A stretch of 60,340 nucleotides of DNA from an uncultured virus (IMG/VR IMGVR_UViG_3300021599_001640). Lineage: Duplodnaviria > Heunggongvirae > Uroviricota > Caudoviricetes. The notes under the pieces were generated by a model that worked only from the letters and a program-made list of their open reading frames with translations, was not told the DNA's origin and ran no database searches. Positions 22,301 through 31,800 of this stretch are shown here, piece after piece (within the stretch, counting starts at the first letter, position 1; each line of letters opens with the position of its first letter). The stretch lies in the IMG/VR virus record IMGVR_UViG_3300021599_001640, one strand, 5' to 3'. The translations under genes were made by a program, and so were the position numbers.

Positions 22301-24060
22301 GAACTGGTTTTACATCAAATTATACAGTATATTCAAATGTTAATTTACTACCTATTACTGGTAGAGGTAGTGGAGGAAAAGTTAATATTGCTGTTTCTGG
22401 TGGAGTAGCTATAGCCGCAACTGTTTCTGTTGGTGGAACTGGATATTCTTATGGAGATACTCTGACAGTAGATTACTCTCAGACGGGTGGATTTGGAAAA
22501 AATCTTCTACTATCAATACCAAATAATGTTGGAATCATATCATCATTCAACACCTTATTATTGGATAATGTTCAAGGTAATGTAGTCGTAGATAGCTCAT
22601 CGAATTTAATTTTTGTTGGTTCTGGTGGAACAAGTTTACTGGCCGGTGCTAATGTCAGTTATTCTGAAGTTGTCACTGATGGATTACATTTTAAAGTAAA
22701 ACATTCCAATCATGGAATGTATGCCACAAATAATTTTGTAACTCTTTCTTCTATACAATCTGACCAAAGACCACAAACCATAAATTCTAGTTATACTTCA
22801 ACTTCTACATCGGACATTGTTCTGAGTTCTGTAGGAATATTCACTAGTTTTGAAAACGTTCCAGTTTCTAACACCAATCCTGGATATATTCTTATTGGAG
22901 ATGAGATTATAAGATATACTGGAGTGACTACATCTACAAATGTACTTAGTGGCATTACTAGAGGTATAGATTCAACAGTACCTTCAAATTATGCTGCATT
23001 AGAACAAGTATTTAAATATGAACTTAATGGAGTTTCTTTAAGAAGAATAAACAAAACACATGGTTTTGCTGATACTAATTTTTCCAAGTATCCAATAGAT
23101 TTAGATCATTATTACTTAAAAGTAGGTGTAAGTACCAATGGTCCAGATAGATCTGAAGGTAATGGTAATGGATTCCCAGCTTTAGCATTTAATGAAACAA
23201 AATCTTGCGGTTCTTATGATGCTTTACAACTAATAAATTCTTATAAGACTCCAAAAGCTACGCAAAATATACCATTTAGCGTAATTACTCCAAACATTGC
23301 TATAGCTACTCCACAAGGTACAACTGTATCTGCAAGAATAAGAACATTTTCTGGAGGTTCACCAAATAATAATAGTATTACCCCATTCGTTGACCAGGGA
23401 TTTGAGGACATAGCACTAGACACAACAAATTATCTTTCCAGTCCAAGGATAATATGTTCAGAGGTAAATGAAAATAATTATTTGCAAGATTATCCAGGTA
23501 AAAAATCTTTCACAATGGAAGTTAGTTTAATTACCAGCGATTCTAGAGTTTCTCCTCTTATTGATTTGGATAGAGTTAATATAATTACTACTGGAAATAG
23601 AATGAATTCTACAGTTTCAAATTATGCTACAAATCCATTAGTAAATTCTCTCTTAAATGACCCTTCTGCAGCTAGTTACGTTACTAAAGTTGTTAGATTG
23701 GAAAGGGGATCTGATAATTTGAAAGTCTTCTTTGATGCATATAGACATAGTACTAATGATATACGAGTAATGTATAGACTCTTCAGATCAGATTCAGATC
23801 CTACTACTCAGTTATATGAATTATTCCCAGGATATGATAACTTAGATGAAAATAAAAATGTTATAAATCCATATGATAATAATGGAAAACCAGATATTGA
23901 AGTAGTACCATCATCCACATTGGCTGATTTTAGATCACATGAATTTACTGCAAAGAATCTACCATTGTTTAATGGATTCCAAATTAAAATTATTATGACA
24001 GGAACAAATCTTGCATATGTTCCTCTGATTAGAGATTTACGAGTAATTGCTTCAGTATAA
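16378..24060 (+). CDS. VrlC-like (DUF4815-type) large virion structural protein (2560 aa)
   Basis: N-terminal NLN.SPYFDDFD...QRVLFKPG.PIQARELTTLQSILQ; APGADRFKI; LARRTYDESGDY; DPLAQSF; follows gp8 as in T4-like cyanophages. Confidence 0.85.
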   Translation: MAQNTNLNASPYFDDFDATKNYQRVLFKPGTPIQARELTTLQSILQSQIEKFGKHFFKEGSVVIPGQIAYDPDYFYVQIDPSHLGIPVSLYISELVGKYIKGETSGVRALVQGYITDQESTNGNYTLYVKYQSSSEIDFSTNSFVNGENLILLQDLEYSLSTIRSDSTFATTIVTDAVGSASAAKIENGVYFIRGFFVDVSAQSIILDQYSSFPSYRVGLLINESIVVASQQNPDLFDNARGFSNFAAPGADRFKITATLIKKSLNDLNDEDFIELMRLEDGIIQKFVKETNSTLIRDELARRTYDESGDYYINPFTVNIKESLNDNMGNGGVFGEGQITKSGNLPSEDLMSIQISPGKAYVRGYEIETINTISVDLEKTRTTEKVQNSSVPFTLGRQLELNNVHGSVPIGFDSTSTVKFYSNRTVSGGSASGLEIGVGRVYDFKLKSSEYVNNSTVYETSLYDIQTYVYLNLNATITLQAPAFIEGKNSNASGYLVQNATETNQLILYQVSGTFAQNEEIKINGIDASRTIKSVRDYSISDIKQVVGNGVTFSADTVLSRGIDLSPQGSTFTITGSSGGVSTVTTSSSTFYVGVSTGDIISYSSSGNTVPTYNRVKEVVATSNSIIIEPTTDVVGVSSGSLPGSTINTTNLIKVTPQILNTNQAYLYTELEYDNVAETDLTGSSIVIRKSYSVTVSSGGLNQVLETDTSLTLEPYDEEYYNLSFANGDVEQLNNQKLTVSGRTVSLQNISQDGPARLTVTFLKEDLKPKNKVYNRCSELIVSGSSNTSSGVAGTSLADGLTYNSLYGTRVQDKNICLNVPDVEELLAVYESSDSNDPDLPRLVLTNLNANILNSIKGELVFGQASRAAARLVSNNSTNEVEVVFLNEKTFVTGERVTFKESQITAIVSSFVQGDRDITSSFVLNPNQKPEYSDYSYVTRRSDDSPPTKKLKIIFNNYTIDSNDNGHFVTVDSYAKDRYTSDLPIISNIAASDIIDVRPRVVPFNVSTATKSPFEFGSRVFTTGSNSSPYNFAKGRSINLGYSYYLGRIDKLYLSKDGKFFVNAGVPSLEPKEPNPVDNCLEISTIVIPPYVYDVSDVKNILSSHKRYRMKDISNLEDRLKNVEYYTSLSLLETDTKNLTLRDEQTQLDRFKCGFFVDNFKSIFGGGLGNPAYKCSIDTANGYLRPQHYTTSLDLLLGSEAVIGVGNTSNPDADLRFVTDLGSPNTKKVGDVVCLNYTDVVYFRNNFATRSENVNPFAVVNWIGSIDLSPASDTWVETRVTEKVEDRDGNYQSTIDQLGIDSNTGLSPVNWGAWETNWTGSREAGRQTVETIKTGSTVLSTDVSKIPKKKKNNNKNKNNKAKKKGKGKSLVTTTIEEEFTTFENVSTITTTNQSRSGIQYKVNERWDSVNVGDRVVSTDIIHTMRSRNIEFVARRMKPNGLVYPFFDNVDMSSYIIPKLLEVTMASGTFSVGETVTGVSGSVSVRFRLASPNHKYGPYNSPTQTYSQNPYNTTEVVPTSYSTTSTILNVDTASLELQSNSAFYGNIIVGMTLTGASSGAVANITNIRLIADNTGAIIGSLFIPDPTLPSTPKFETGTKTFTLTSSKTNATIIGTTDSTAETNFSSSGTLANVENLTIRTRNADVERLTQSDEREESETTTELQAATSTEVVTSEEVVRTRSIQTPANQKPQKKQPKANQKPEKKQKQQQAKCKELKNRGKNQKRFVDPLAQSFEVVETNGVYITKVEVFFRSKDTTGLPVTMQIRTMQTGLPTQTIVPFGEIVLDPEQVNVSDDASVPTAFTFPSPVYLAPDSQYSVVLLSASNSYNVWISRMGEKDISTINRSESEQIIVSQQPLLGSLFKSQNGATWDPSQLEDLKLVVYRAEFFNGTSTVRFYNPDLNIGNNQIASLQVNPIETISKTVLVGIGRSLTNSEVTTLTPGLTILQYGNSGFSGKLRNVIGAIGISSTLTLTSPGTGFTSNYTVYSNVNLLPITGRGSGGKVNIAVSGGVAIAATVSVGGTGYSYGDTLTVDYSQTGGFGKNLLLSIPNNVGIISSFNTLLLDNVQGNVVVDSSSNLIFVGSGGTSLLAGANVSYSEVVTDGLHFKVKHSNHGMYATNNFVTLSSIQSDQRPQTINSSYTSTSTSDIVLSSVGIFTSFENVPVSNTNPGYILIGDEIIRYTGVTTSTNVLSGITRGIDSTVPSNYAALEQVFKYELNGVSLRRINKTHGFADTNFSKYPIDLDHYYLKVGVSTNGPDRSEGNGNGFPALAFNETKSCGSYDALQLINSYKTPKATQNIPFSVITPNIAIATPQGTTVSARIRTFSGGSPNNNSITPFVDQGFEDIALDTTNYLSSPRIICSEVNENNYLQDYPGKKSFTMEVSLITSDSRVSPLIDLDRVNIITTGNRMNSTVSNYATNPLVNSLLNDPSAASYVTKVVRLERGSDNLKVFFDAYRHSTNDIRVMYRLFRSDSDPTTQLYELFPGYDNLDENKNVINPYDNNGKPDIEVVPSSTLADFRSHEFTAKNLPLFNGFQIKIIMTGTNLAYVPLIRDLRVIASV

Positions 24061-24062
24061 CT

Positions 24063-24302
24063 ATGAGAATTCCAGTAGAAGGTAATCCAGGGTTTTATCG
24101 TGATCAATCTAGTGGAGCAATTCTAAATTGCTCCGATTCTGAATACAATTCTTATGTTCAATTGAAACAACTTAAGTTAAAGGAAAAAGAAGAAATCAAT
24201 CAACTAAAGGAAAATGTTAGTAAGGTTGATTTACTTCAAAAAGAAATAGATGAAATTAAGGACATGATGAAAATGATTTTGAAAAAAATGGATTCTAACT
24301 GA
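24063..24302 (+). CDS. Conserved small hypothetical protein with C-terminal coiled coil
   Basis: MRIPVEGNPGFYRD..SGAILN motif followed by a heptad-like tail; starts 2 nt after the VrlC-like stop. Confidence 0.8.
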   Translation: MRIPVEGNPGFYRDQSSGAILNCSDSEYNSYVQLKQLKLKEKEEINQLKENVSKVDLLQKEIDEIKDMMKMILKKMDSN

Positions 24303-24308
24303 TAAATA
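24302..24308 (+). promoter_or_regulatory. Late promoter ATAAATA
   Basis: 20 nt upstream of the ATG at 24329. Confidence 0.7.
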
Positions 24309-24328
24309 ATTAAAAATACAGTAGAATA

Positions 24329-24661
24329 ATGGCGGCAAGAAATGTAAATCTAGTTCTTGAACAGGGGGTTGACTTTCAAGCCACCTTTACAATCAGGAAT
24401 ACTAATAATGCACCATTAAACCTAACTGGATACACTGGTATTTCTTCAATCAGGAAACATCCATCATCTTCAACTTCTTATCCTTTAACTCTTAGTTTTG
24501 TAGATAGACTAAACGGTAAAATTGCAGTATCTATGGGATATACTGCAACCGATTCTATAGAAGGTGGTCGATATGTTTATGATGTAGTTCTTATTTCTCC
24601 AAATTCATATAGAACAAGAGCTATTCAAGGAAATGTTCTAGTAACTCCAGGAGTTTCATAA
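24329..24661 (+). CDS. Small virion structural protein (Ig/BppU-like adaptor)
   Basis: NLVLEQGVDFQATFTI...NLTGY...GRYVYDV...G...VTPGV pattern; late promoter upstream. Confidence 0.75.
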   Translation: MAARNVNLVLEQGVDFQATFTIRNTNNAPLNLTGYTGISSIRKHPSSSTSYPLTLSFVDRLNGKIAVSMGYTATDSIEGGRYVYDVVLISPNSYRTRAIQGNVLVTPGVS

Positions 24662-25338
24662 TGACCGATTATATAGTAACTTTAAATGAACCAGGTCCGT
24701 ATAGGATTGGAGTTGATTATGAAATTCCAACAAAATCAATACAGTATGGGAATATTATTTTAGATAATATAAATTCCCAATTTACTGGCGTTGCCCATAC
24801 TTTTGGACTTTATTCATCATCTACATCATATGTTCCAATTAATGATCAACAGTTAATTGTTGTCAAAAATAATTTGGTGATGGAACCAAATGAAGATTAT
24901 ACCACTTCAAGTAATAATATAATTTTCACTTCTGCTCCAAATCCTGGTGATGATGTTTTTATTATAGCTTTAGCAACAACTGCAGATTTGACAAGAACCA
25001 TTAATTATGTGGTTGATAGTGGATCAATATCAATGGTATCTGGTAATAAGGGATCTGTAACTTTAGATGTTAGTGGTGTATTGGAATCTTTAACTATTTT
25101 ATCTGATCAACAGGGAGATTTAACACTAGACATTAAAAAATCGAACTATTCTACATTTCCAACATTTACTTCTATTGTTGGTGGAACTTATCCACAAATG
25201 ACAAACTCTAGAAAAGTTCGTGATGATGTTCTTACAGGTTGGACGAAAACTATAATTGCTGGAGACATTTTGACTTTCGATGTGATATCAGTCAATAACA
25301 TTAATAGGTTTCTAATCTCTCTGAAATTAAAATTATAA
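24661..25338 (+). CDS. Putative virion structural protein (225 aa)
   Basis: Overlaps the previous stop (TAATG coupling). Its beta-rich FTG...F.L...QLIV..N....EP..DY....IIFTSAP domain resembles repeats in gp7. Confidence 0.7.
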   Translation: MTDYIVTLNEPGPYRIGVDYEIPTKSIQYGNIILDNINSQFTGVAHTFGLYSSSTSYVPINDQQLIVVKNNLVMEPNEDYTTSSNNIIFTSAPNPGDDVFIIALATTADLTRTINYVVDSGSISMVSGNKGSVTLDVSGVLESLTILSDQQGDLTLDIKKSNYSTFPTFTSIVGGTYPQMTNSRKVRDDVLTGWTKTIIAGDILTFDVISVNNINRFLISLKLKL

Positions 25339-25341
25339 ATA
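25334..25341 (+). promoter_or_regulatory. Late promoter TATAAATA
   Basis: Perfect T4 late consensus overlapping the upstream stop codon. Confidence 0.8.
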
Positions 25342-25386
25342 AAGATAGTTATTACAAAATCGTAGCCTGTAGGGGAGTTATTTCGA

Positions 25387-26394
25387 ATGGCACTATTAGT
25401 CCCAAATATAGGAGAACTTGAGTCGCTTAGGTATCTAGTTGCACAAAACAATCACACTGCAAGTCTTGCTGACCAGTCTCCCAGAAACTTAGTTTTAAAA
25501 CTTTTTACCAGTAATACTACTCCAGCAGAGAGTGATGTTCCTTCAGCTTCTGCGTATTTTGAGCCATATGGTATAGGTAACACGAATGCTTATGGGTTTG
25601 CTCCTACTACAGGCTATCCATATTGTGTAAATAATAGATCTGATCAGACATATACTTCACAGACAGGTATTCTTTTGAATGGTTCTCGTTGGAGAATCAA
25701 TCAGGTTGGTTCTGGAACAACTGCAACATATCCAGAACAAACATTTACCTTCACTGGAGCAGCCGGGGATGTTTATGGTTATTATGTAACCAGAGCAAAC
25801 AACATGCCTGTTTCCGTACAAGGTGTAGTCCATTATGCATCTGTAGGTATTGGAACAACTATAACCAAAGGTGATAATACCGACCCAGTTATTGGAGTTG
25901 TTGGTAACTCTTATATCACTGTTGATCCAGATCAAAACGTTGATGATTTAACTCTTGGAATGAGAGTTGCAGGAAACGCTGGTATTCAAACTGGTACAAT
26001 TGTTATTGGAATCGACAGAGCATTAAAAGTTGTTTATTTGGATAAACCACTTATTGACAACATTCAGCTTGCAACAGATCCAAGTGTAACTTTCAGTTTT
26101 GGAAAAATTGTTGCAACTGGACACCAATTGGTTGCTGGAGATATCCTATATGTTGCAGCAGGAACTGGTAATACTACTTTGACATCTGGAACATATACCG
26201 TATTCTCTGTTCCTAATGCAAATGAGTTTACTACTACACCAGCACTCACAGCTACTCCAAACGCATCTGCTGGATTGAGTACCGCAACTCTTTATAGTTC
26301 AATTATGTATGCAGAAAGATTTACTAACGGACCATACACAATTGCTAACAACGGAGACCAAATCAAAATTACTCTAAACGTTGCTCTAGATTGA
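25387..26394 (+). CDS. Putative virion structural/fibre-subunit protein (335 aa)
   Basis: Strong SD (AGGGGAG), its own TATAAATA promoter and a downstream terminator; LKLFTSNTTP...YPEQTFTF...YGYYV...YAERF...GDQIKIT pattern. Confidence 0.75.
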   Translation: MALLVPNIGELESLRYLVAQNNHTASLADQSPRNLVLKLFTSNTTPAESDVPSASAYFEPYGIGNTNAYGFAPTTGYPYCVNNRSDQTYTSQTGILLNGSRWRINQVGSGTTATYPEQTFTFTGAAGDVYGYYVTRANNMPVSVQGVVHYASVGIGTTITKGDNTDPVIGVVGNSYITVDPDQNVDDLTLGMRVAGNAGIQTGTIVIGIDRALKVVYLDKPLIDNIQLATDPSVTFSFGKIVATGHQLVAGDILYVAAGTGNTTLTSGTYTVFSVPNANEFTTTPALTATPNASAGLSTATLYSSIMYAERFTNGPYTIANNGDQIKITLNVALD

Positions 26395-26427
26395 TTTTAT
26401 ATTAAAAATTTAATATTTTTTGATGGT

Positions 26428-26467
26428 GAGAGGATTGCATTTTTATGGCGATCCTCTCTTTTTCTTT
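26428..26467 (+). terminator. Rho-independent terminator
   Basis: Stem GAGAGGATTGC-N9-GCGATCCTCTC followed by TTTTTCTTT. Confidence 0.85.
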
Positions 26468-26490
26468 AAAAATTCTGTTGGGCTATCTCT

Positions 26491-28758
26491 ATGACAGTCT
26501 ATGTTTACAATGAATCCACTGGAATTAACTCATTTTCTACTGAGGATTATGGGTTAATTTCAGCTGCGACGACAGTATCAGTAGACAATGGACTAATAAC
26601 AGAACCAAATCCAGTATACACTCCAGCTCCAAGTCCTGAAGATGATTGGTATCTCATATCAGTTGGAGAAACTCTCTATCCATATGGATCGTTATTTACC
26701 TTATCTTCAGGTAGAGAGTCTATTACATATGCTACATATGTTGCTTCTGGAAATATATCCTTTATAGCTAAGACCGCGACAGAGAAAGTAACCTTTACTT
26801 GGGTTGGTAATGGTACTTTATTCGAAATAGGTAGCGGATTAGAAAGAACACTAAGACCTTACGTATCTTCCGGAACCTTACGACTTGGTGAAAATAATTC
26901 TGCGGAATCCTCACTAACTGTACAAACCGCAGATACAACAAATACTCAACTCTTCAGCATTTCTGGATTTGCTGTAGAAAAAGACGTAGACGCATATAAC
27001 GGCACTGGACTACTAAGTATTGATGGTTCATCTATCATTACGCAAACCGGATCCATATTTGGTTCCGGTTCATTAATTCTTTCAGATTCTGCAAATACTT
27101 CTCGTTTAACACCTTACGTAGGTTTTGGTACATTAAACCTCTCATCGAATGTTATTGAGAGTGAAACCGAGACCTATATTGGATTTGGAACGTTACCTAG
27201 CCTTTACAATTCTGATACTGTACATCCTTTTGTTGATTATACTCCACATTATGGTATAGATCAAAACATTGGTGTCGGTACTTTTGGAATTAGATTTGTA
27301 CCTGGAGCTGGATTTACACCAGACGGAGATGGAAATCCTCGTGATGCCAAGACATATTCCAACAGATATGGAAATGTTAATGGCGATACGAACTCCGGTT
27401 CTGGTATAGGTACATTTAGATTTGATCAAGTAAGAAACCTTGCTGTTTATTCTCCACTAACTCCTTACTTCGGAGTAGGTCTTTTTGTAATTAATGGAAG
27501 TGTTTCCGAATCATTTACAAGATCAAGTTATTTTGGATTAGGTGAGATCGGTATTTCCAGTGGAGCTACTGGATTTGGTAAGTTTGGAACATATACTTAT
27601 GCTGGTCTTGGAACAGTTGTATATGACCAGGAAAATGCCGAAGAAAGAATTTCTAATTCATATGTTGGTGAAGGACTGGTAGTTATTGATGCATTTGCAT
27701 CAGATATTAAGAAAACAAAATCTTATGTAGGAATTGGTGTATTAGGTTATTTCTCCGGTGCTTCCGAATCTTCAACAATATCTCAAGTTGGAGATTCGGT
27801 CTTATTTAATATTTCCGGAACTTCTGTACAAAGTCTCACTATCAATCCGACAGAAGATACTATTCTATATCAGATTTCTGGGGAGTCTAATGCAAGTCGC
27901 ACTTATGTATATGAAGGTGATGGAAATCTAAGTATAGTTGGATATTCCGATATTAGTATCACTCGAAATGACGGATCAACTGTCTTGTTCCACTTCGAGA
28001 CTCATATTTCGGATAGTGAATATGACACTTGCGATTCCACAGAAGTTACTTGTGATTATCAAGATGCAGCACTTGTAAGTTTCGTAAGTAATCCACCTGA
28101 AAATACAGTTCTATTTAATTTAAGTGGATTAGCTGATACTAGAGAAATTGATCTATTTGTTTATAGTGGAATAGGTTCAGTTCAGTTTGTTGGAGGATTT
28201 ACTGATCTTAAGCTAACGAATTCTTATTCTGGAATAGGAACTCTATCTATAAGTTCTAACCTAATTGAAAAAGAATCTGAGATTTATATTGGAATTGGTA
28301 CAATACTTAAGTTGTCCGGAGGTTCGGAATCTAGGGTAACTAATGTTCCACAGAACACAATTCTTTTTGAAATTACTGGATCTGCTCAAACAAGAATTGA
28401 ACTTGAATATTCTAATGTTGGAGTTGGAAACATCACAATTTCTGGTGATGCGTCTACAAGACAAACCGATCTGTTTGAAAAATCTGGTACTGGTTTAGTA
28501 ACGATATATGGTGATACTTCATATCGATTCGTACCATCACCGGAAGGTTCTGGAATAGTCTCAATTGGTGGATTTGCGGACAACTCACTATCGAAGACCT
28601 ACAATGCGTTAGGAAGTCTATTTGCAGTCTCTTCCGGAAGAGAGTCTTATATAAGGTCAACGTACACAGGACTAGGAACAATTTATATTCTACAGAATGT
28701 TGGAATAACTACAATAAATCCTTTCCAAATACCAAGAACTTATGTATGTATTATTTAA
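26491..28758 (+). CDS. Putative fibre/stalk structural protein with Y-x-G-x-G beta repeats (755 aa)
   Basis: Long ORF, S/G/T-rich, recurring Y.G.G.[LI].[IL].G units; located in the tail-fibre region. Confidence 0.7.
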   Translation: MTVYVYNESTGINSFSTEDYGLISAATTVSVDNGLITEPNPVYTPAPSPEDDWYLISVGETLYPYGSLFTLSSGRESITYATYVASGNISFIAKTATEKVTFTWVGNGTLFEIGSGLERTLRPYVSSGTLRLGENNSAESSLTVQTADTTNTQLFSISGFAVEKDVDAYNGTGLLSIDGSSIITQTGSIFGSGSLILSDSANTSRLTPYVGFGTLNLSSNVIESETETYIGFGTLPSLYNSDTVHPFVDYTPHYGIDQNIGVGTFGIRFVPGAGFTPDGDGNPRDAKTYSNRYGNVNGDTNSGSGIGTFRFDQVRNLAVYSPLTPYFGVGLFVINGSVSESFTRSSYFGLGEIGISSGATGFGKFGTYTYAGLGTVVYDQENAEERISNSYVGEGLVVIDAFASDIKKTKSYVGIGVLGYFSGASESSTISQVGDSVLFNISGTSVQSLTINPTEDTILYQISGESNASRTYVYEGDGNLSIVGYSDISITRNDGSTVLFHFETHISDSEYDTCDSTEVTCDYQDAALVSFVSNPPENTVLFNLSGLADTREIDLFVYSGIGSVQFVGGFTDLKLTNSYSGIGTLSISSNLIEKESEIYIGIGTILKLSGGSESRVTNVPQNTILFEITGSAQTRIELEYSNVGVGNITISGDASTRQTDLFEKSGTGLVTIYGDTSYRFVPSPEGSGIVSIGGFADNSLSKTYNALGSLFAVSSGRESYIRSTYTGLGTIYILQNVGITTINPFQIPRTYVCII

Positions 28759-28765
28759 AATTGCT

Positions 28766-28772
28766 CTAAATA
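28766..28772 (+). promoter_or_regulatory. Probable late promoter CTAAATA before the giant fibre
   Basis: Intergenic TAAATA core 36 nt upstream of the ATG. Confidence 0.55.
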
Positions 28773-28808
28773 TATCAGAGAAAGTAGTAGTTTGAAAGTA
28801 GTCGTACT

Positions 28809-31800
28809 ATGACTAAGCAGGTACAGCTAAGAAGAGGGACAAGTGCAGAACACGCATCATTTACTGGTGCTGTCGGAGAATTAACAATTGATACCACTCT
28901 TGATGTGGGTGTTGTTCATGATGGTAGTACTGTAGGTGGCCACCCTCTAGTTGGAACCAGAGCACCACAAACTATTGTTAATAAAACATCAATAGGAATC
29001 GGAACTACAGTTGCAAATTCTGAATTAGTCGTAGTTGGTAATGCTGATATTAGTGGTTCTGTAAACTCAGAATATTTAAATATAAATGAAAGATTTCTTT
29101 TAACAAAAACTGGAATAATATCCGCTGTTTCCAGTAATAGAATATTAGGAATTGCTACTTTAGGACTCAGAAAAGGCGATACTGTAACAATTGGAGCTGG
29201 TGTAACTTTAGGGACAGGAAGTACATCAATTATTACAGGATTTGGATCTGATATTATATTATTAGCTGATAATTTCGCAAGTCGTCTTGTTAATAAGACT
29301 GGTCGATTTGAATTCCCAAGTTCTTTTAGTATTATTGGAATAAACACTGCAAGTATTAGCGTAGGATATGGAATTACTGGGCAATACTTACGTTCGGATG
29401 AACAAGTATTTTCTGTAGGAATAGATCAAATCCAATTAACCTACGGGGCAACAAATCCTTTCTCTGGCGAAGTAGATATTCTTGGAAATACTACAGCAGG
29501 AAGTAATGTAATTGCTGGTGTAAGCGCTCTCGATACTGCTCAAGTTGAAATTGGAGCGTTTGTTGAAGATTTAGATAGTCCTTCTAATATTTCCGCAGGT
29601 ACTACTGTAGTCTCAAAGACTACAACTACAATAACTATATCCACAAATGCTACACAGACACTCGCTGGAACAACCATAGGACTTACTCGTGATTACAACT
29701 TTGTTCTTACACCTCCTCCTATCACTGATAATAATATTGTAATTGGTAATCCAAAAGCCGGAAGAGCAGATATTCCAAGAGTATACTCCGATTTTATTGA
29801 TACAAGCGATATCAATAGTACTGCGGCAATTGTCAATACACTATTCAGTGATACATCATATACAAATCAAGCTAATATTAATTCGGGTATTATTACTACA
29901 GCCTCAATTAATTCAGCAGTTGTTAGTAATTTAAATGCAACTACCGTATATTCAAATGATGTTAATATCAATACCGGTATTATTACAAGTGTTATAATTT
30001 TAGGTTCCAATATTACTAATTCCAATACTAATACTGCTAGGATTAATATTGGTATCATTACTTCTGCAACCATAACTGGTGCTGGAATTACTAACCTTAA
30101 TGTACAGACATCTACAACTAATCAGGCAAACATCAATATTGGTATCCTCACAACTGCTACAATTGGTGGAGCTACTGTTACTAATATAAACGCTACGAAT
30201 TCTTATACAAATACGGCTAATATTAATAGTGGTATCATTACTACTGCTACAATTACTGGTGCTACCGTAACTAATGCTAATATTAGCACGTCTTACACTA
30301 ATCAAGCTAATATTAACACAGGTATTATTACTAATGCTACCATAGGTAATGTTGGTATAACAACATCATATACAAATCAAGCTAATATTAACATCGGTAT
30401 TGTTACTACAGCTACGATTACTGGTGCCACTATTACCAACGCCAATATTACCACTTCCTACACAAATCAAGCCAATATTAATAGTGGAATTATTACTACA
30501 GCTACTATTTCTAGTGCGACTATTTCTAATGCTGGAATTTCCACCTCTTATACAAACATTGCTAATATTAATACTGGCATTATTACTAGTGCAACTATTA
30601 GTTCGGCAGATATTAATGTTGGAATAACCTCATTTTCATTTGTTGCAACATCTTACTCTAATGAAGCCAATATTAATACTGGAATTATAACATCAGCTAC
30701 GATTAGTCAAGCGGGAATTACAAGTTCTAATACTCAGTTTGCAACTATTGTTAATGCTGGAATCTCCACGTCTTATACTGATGTAGCCAATATTAATAGT
30801 GGAATTATTACTTCGGCTACTATTGCTGGCGCAACTATTACTAATGCCAATATTACCACATCATACACTAATGTAGCTAATATTAATCTTGGCGTTGTAA
30901 CTTCGTTAACTGGCCAGACTAGTATTATTGACAACTCCTTTACTACCACCTCTTATACAAACCAGGCCAATATTAATACTGGTATCATCACTGAAGCCAT
31001 AATAACTAATGCAGGAATCACTACATCATATACTAATGTAGCTAACATTAATAGTGGAATTATTACTTCAGCCACTATTGATTCCGCTACTATTACTAAT
31101 GCAGGAATCTCTACTTCTTATACAAATAGAGCTAATATCAATGTAGGTGTAATTACTGAGGCAGTAGTAACTAATGCAGATATTATAACCTCTTACACAA
31201 ATACAGCTAATATCAATACTGGTATTATCACTGCAGCAACAATAACTAATGGATCAGTTTCAAATCTATATGTCAATTCTGGCAACATTAATACAGGAAT
31301 TATTACTGGTGCTATAATCACTAATGCCAATATTACTACGTCCTATACTAATGTAGCTAACATTAATAGTGGTATTATTACTGCTGCAACTATTGAATAT
31401 GCAACTATTCTTAATGCAGGAATCACCACATCATACACTAATGTAGCTAACATTAATAGTGGAATTATCACTAATGCAACTATAACAAATGAAGTAACGA
31501 CTAATGCCAATATTACTACGTCCTATACTAATGTAGCTAATATTAATGTAGGATTTATAACTGCGGCTACAGTAACTAATGCAAATATCACTACTTCATA
31601 TACAAATCAAGCTAATATCAATAGTGGTATCATCACTGAAGCCATAATAACTAATGCAGGAATCACTACATCATATACTAATGTAGCTAACATTAATAGT
31701 GGTATTATTACTAATGCAACTATAACAAATGCAATAGTAACTAATGCGAATATTAGCACTTCATACACAAATCAAGCTAATATTAACGTAGGTTTAATTA

